Source of the DNA: Thainema sp.
GTDB taxonomy: Bacteria > Cyanobacteriota > Cyanobacteriia > Phormidesmidales > Phormidesmidaceae
Length of the DNA stretch: 64,000 bases
NCBI GenBank assembly: GCA_052168235.1
Contig: JBQLZK010000034.1
Span: forward strand, 1-64,000
Direction: 5' to 3'
The number at the start of each line of letters is the position of its first letter. The first letter of the stretch is position 1. Made by a program: the position numbers and the translations under genes. Below, piece after piece: positions 61,077-64,000 of the stretch. The notes under the pieces were generated by a model. That model saw only the letters and a list, made by a program, of their open reading frames with translations. It had not been told where the DNA came from and ran no database searches.

Positions 61077-63338
61077 CTAATCACGATAAAAAATTTCCAA
61101 GGTGCTGTAGGGGTACCAGTTCTGCTCATCTATATTAACGCCAATTACTAAACATCTTTCTATGTCAAGATCTATAAATAGTCCACTTGCAAGATTTTGC
61201 ATAAAGTCATGAGATTGATCTTTTTGAAGTTCGCGAAATGCTAAAAAACCAGCTGCCTCACGTTTTTGAGGAAGATATGTAATAACAGAATCGGTACGCC
61301 CTGGCTTTCGCCATGTTTTTTTTACACTTCTCATGATCCTTTTAAGCCCTCTCTCAGCATCACGTTGAGAATCAAGAGAGATGCTGAGTAATATGGCCGA
61401 CATTTCTAGCCAATTATAAGGGCGTTGTTCTTCAAGCTTATTCAAAATAGCATGCCACCATTGAACCAACTTCTGACTTGGTTTTTTGCGATGAATATCC
61501 TGATCTAAAGCCATGTAGTACTCGTCAATCTTTTCTGACATGTCCAAAAGCACTAACTCTCTTTTGCCGTTTATACCAAATTCTTCTTCATTGAGACTGA
61601 ATCCTGTTTCAAGGTATAAACCCAATAAATCTAGCTCATTGCCTGCATAGTTTATATGCTGTTCCAGGTAAGTGCGTTGCACTAAATAATGAATCTTTTG
61701 AGCTTTATAAGGTAAAATATCAAATATGACTTCCAAATCAGCAAATAATATAGTCGGTATAGTAAAAGAAACTTTGTCTATCCAACCTGTATTTTTCAAT
61801 GATGCTATCCGTGACTGTATAGTGGCAAAGTCCTCAAGCGTTATTGATAGTCGAACTATCTTGTCAATGCGGTCAATATTAAGTCCTAAAGCTTTAAGCC
61901 TTTCTGCAGTGACTTGGTCATACTTGAGAGTTTTTAATTTGTCTTCAAAGCGCTTTGATTGAATTGCAGGATCCAATAACAGTTCCTGAATATCATCTTT
62001 TGCTGAACCTGGTGCTCCACGTAATGCTGCTCTAGAAACAGAACCAGATTTGGCTTCAACAATCAGAATATAATCATCGATTTGCGCAAGAAGATCCGTT
62101 TCATATTCAATATCTGCATCTTTCCATTTAAAGTTTTTTACAAATACGCCCTCTGGGAATGCCCACTCAAACAATTTAGCAATCTCATCTTCAAGGAATT
62201 TAGATCGATATTTATCCTGAACCTCTTTGAGCTTCTCTGTAGATAGAAGGCTATCAATCGTCTGAAAAATAAAGCTAAAAAACAACTGTGGCATAGCACA
62301 GAAGTAGCTCCCTGATGATAGTTTGACTAAAGGCTTGCTCCAAATTGGGTTACTTAGAAAAAAATGTTCTGGATTGCTATCTTTCAAATCACCAAATTGA
62401 TAGCTTAGCCTAGACAAAGCAAGTTCAAGTGATTGGGCTGGTATATCAAGAGAGTCTGATAGTTGCTCAAGCGTAAATGAGAAGTAATGGGCAAGAGCTA
62501 GATCTGAATGGCTCAAGATTAAAAACTGAACTTCTCTAATGTCTTTATCTTTTACAAAGTCGACGGCTTCCTCTAATGATCCTGGCAAGTTATAAGTTTG
62601 ATAATATCTTGTTATTGCCTCTTCTGCTGTTTTTGATTTGAATATAGTTCGCATCTTCTGCAAACGTTCGCTAACTACTTGTTCAGAGTAGAAAACCAAA
62701 CAATCGAAAATATCAATTATTGTTGTTGCTTCTAATCCAATTGACTCTTTGAAAAGAAAATCGGCATCAGCATACAACCTCTTTGAAATTGATATGACGT
62801 TCCTGTAATATCCCCAGTTACGAACACTACTAGTATGTAGTCGAAGCCATTCCTGTATTTCCAAAATTGCCCTCTTCTCTTTCGACTTAACATCTTTAAT
62901 TTGTGCAAGTCGTTTAGAGTTAAAAGCTCTGTTAAGAGTAGGTAATAGGTTCCAGATTTCTTGAACTTGATCGGGAGGCATAGGCTCACAATGTCTTTCT
63001 AATACAACATATAATGCAAATGCCTGAATGAGTTCTATATGGTTTTGGCGAATCATGGAATCTTTTTCAAAGATTTTTCCTGATTTATTTGTTCCTACAT
63101 AAAGGCCGTAAACTGCAAGGACTGAAATTAGATGTAAAGGATCTACAGAAGCGACAATTTCTAAGGCTCTGTTCAAGCAGCTATCGAATTTCGTGTCATT
63201 GGATTTCCCAATTTTCTCTAATAGCTCATCAATTTCCTTCTGAGAACGGCTGCCAAAATTGAATCCAAATTCTACGAGTTCCAATTTATCCGAACTCTTA
63301 TGAAAATACTTTTTATTATTTCTTTTACTCTTTGACAT
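61077..63338 (-). CDS. AT-rich hypothetical protein with a PD-(D/E)XK/NERD-like nuclease motif
   Basis: E.D.L......L.VEAKS (EYETDLLAQIDDYILIVEAKSG); ATG at 63338 preferred over the upstream alternative start. Confidence 0.65.
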   Translation of the reverse strand: MSKSKRNNKKYFHKSSDKLELVEFGFNFGSRSQKEIDELLEKIGKSNDTKFDSCLNRALEIVASVDPLHLISVLAVYGLYVGTNKSGKIFEKDSMIRQNHIELIQAFALYVVLERHCEPMPPDQVQEIWNLLPTLNRAFNSKRLAQIKDVKSKEKRAILEIQEWLRLHTSSVRNWGYYRNVISISKRLYADADFLFKESIGLEATTIIDIFDCLVFYSEQVVSERLQKMRTIFKSKTAEEAITRYYQTYNLPGSLEEAVDFVKDKDIREVQFLILSHSDLALAHYFSFTLEQLSDSLDIPAQSLELALSRLSYQFGDLKDSNPEHFFLSNPIWSKPLVKLSSGSYFCAMPQLFFSFIFQTIDSLLSTEKLKEVQDKYRSKFLEDEIAKLFEWAFPEGVFVKNFKWKDADIEYETDLLAQIDDYILIVEAKSGSVSRAALRGAPGSAKDDIQELLLDPAIQSKRFEDKLKTLKYDQVTAERLKALGLNIDRIDKIVRLSITLEDFATIQSRIASLKNTGWIDKVSFTIPTILFADLEVIFDILPYKAQKIHYLVQRTYLEQHINYAGNELDLLGLYLETGFSLNEEEFGINGKRELVLLDMSEKIDEYYMALDQDIHRKKPSQKLVQWWHAILNKLEEQRPYNWLEMSAILLSISLDSQRDAERGLKRIMRSVKKTWRKPGRTDSVITYLPQKREAAGFLAFRELQKDQSHDFMQNLASGLFIDLDIERCLVIGVNIDEQNWYPYSTLEIFYRD

Positions 63339-64000
63339 TTCGCAGGGTGTATTTCTGTTCAATCTTCGTTGGTTATAGCATTTAGGCTCATGTTCAGTGC
63401 GATCACAGATTTTGTAGAGATCGCAGTTCTGACAGATTGCGTTCCAAAACACAACCTTTGTTAGTCATAACATCTACGTTCTTGAAACACACCATCTTAT
63501 CTCTTCATTGTTTCGGTGTGTTTCGCTTCGCTCTACACACCCTACGCGAGAAGTGCGATCGCAGGTTTAGAGGAATGAGAGGTGCGATCGCGCTCCTGCA
63601 ACAACGACTAACCTCATGCCATCATCGAAGTCACATCCCAATTTTTTAATTCACTCCGCGCCAACAACACCCACACTTTTGCATTCTTGAGTGACGCTCG
63701 TGACTACGTTGATTGCACCCGTGCCGATAACGTAGTCACTGCCCAACTCTTTCACTGCGTTGATTACAGCGTTAACTGCATTGATTACAACAATAGTTGC
63801 ACCCGCATAAATAAGATAGTTATCAATACCATCAACGATCACAGCGCTCAACTCGTTGATGGCATCGTCACACTAACGATTACACAGCTCAATCTTGCGA
63901 TCGCTCGACCTTAACCAACGATCACCGCGTCGAACTCGTCGATGCACGCCGACGATATGCGATCGCACTCTGCAAATTTGATGTATCGGAGGTACGATTC

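Overview
A 64-kb piece of a cyanobacterial chromosome. The HIP1 octamer GCGATCGC is very frequent, and ndhM, a Fed2-type ferredoxin, an NtcA box and hetZ-patU are present. A filamentous, probably non-heterocystous strain is inferred. Most of the window is core or metabolic genes: a phosphopantetheinyl transferase, putA, a GMC oxidoreductase, a sugar ABC transporter, rlpA, tRNA-Ser(GGA), MscS, an acyl-CoA ligase-GNAT fusion, arsM, a gamma-glutamyltransferase, a PP2C phosphatase and a GST. Main points of interest: (1) A guanidine-utilisation operon under an NtcA box and a guanidine-I riboswitch (gdmH, hypA-like, hypB-like, ABC transporter), followed co-directionally by a quaternary-amine-type Rieske oxygenase. 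(2) The riboswitch carries a ~103-bp insertion from a family of mini-elements with terminal inverted repeats and a central hairpin; the two other copies in the window sit exactly at stop codons and show compensatory changes in the hairpin. (3) A small gene with a near-consensus promoter, an operator-like palindrome, a ~230-nt structured leader and an opposing -10 box, which suggests antisense control. (4) A DUF4157 protein with a swapped AT-rich C-terminus (SH3-like, ParB-like and peptidase-like parts). (5) HIP1-free AT-rich orphans: a PD-(D/E)XK protein and a GT-C-like membrane protein. (6) A DIF1 motif upstream of hetZ-patU. No CRISPR array, rRNA, integrase or transposase gene was seen. All calls come from reading motifs by eye; no database searches were run.
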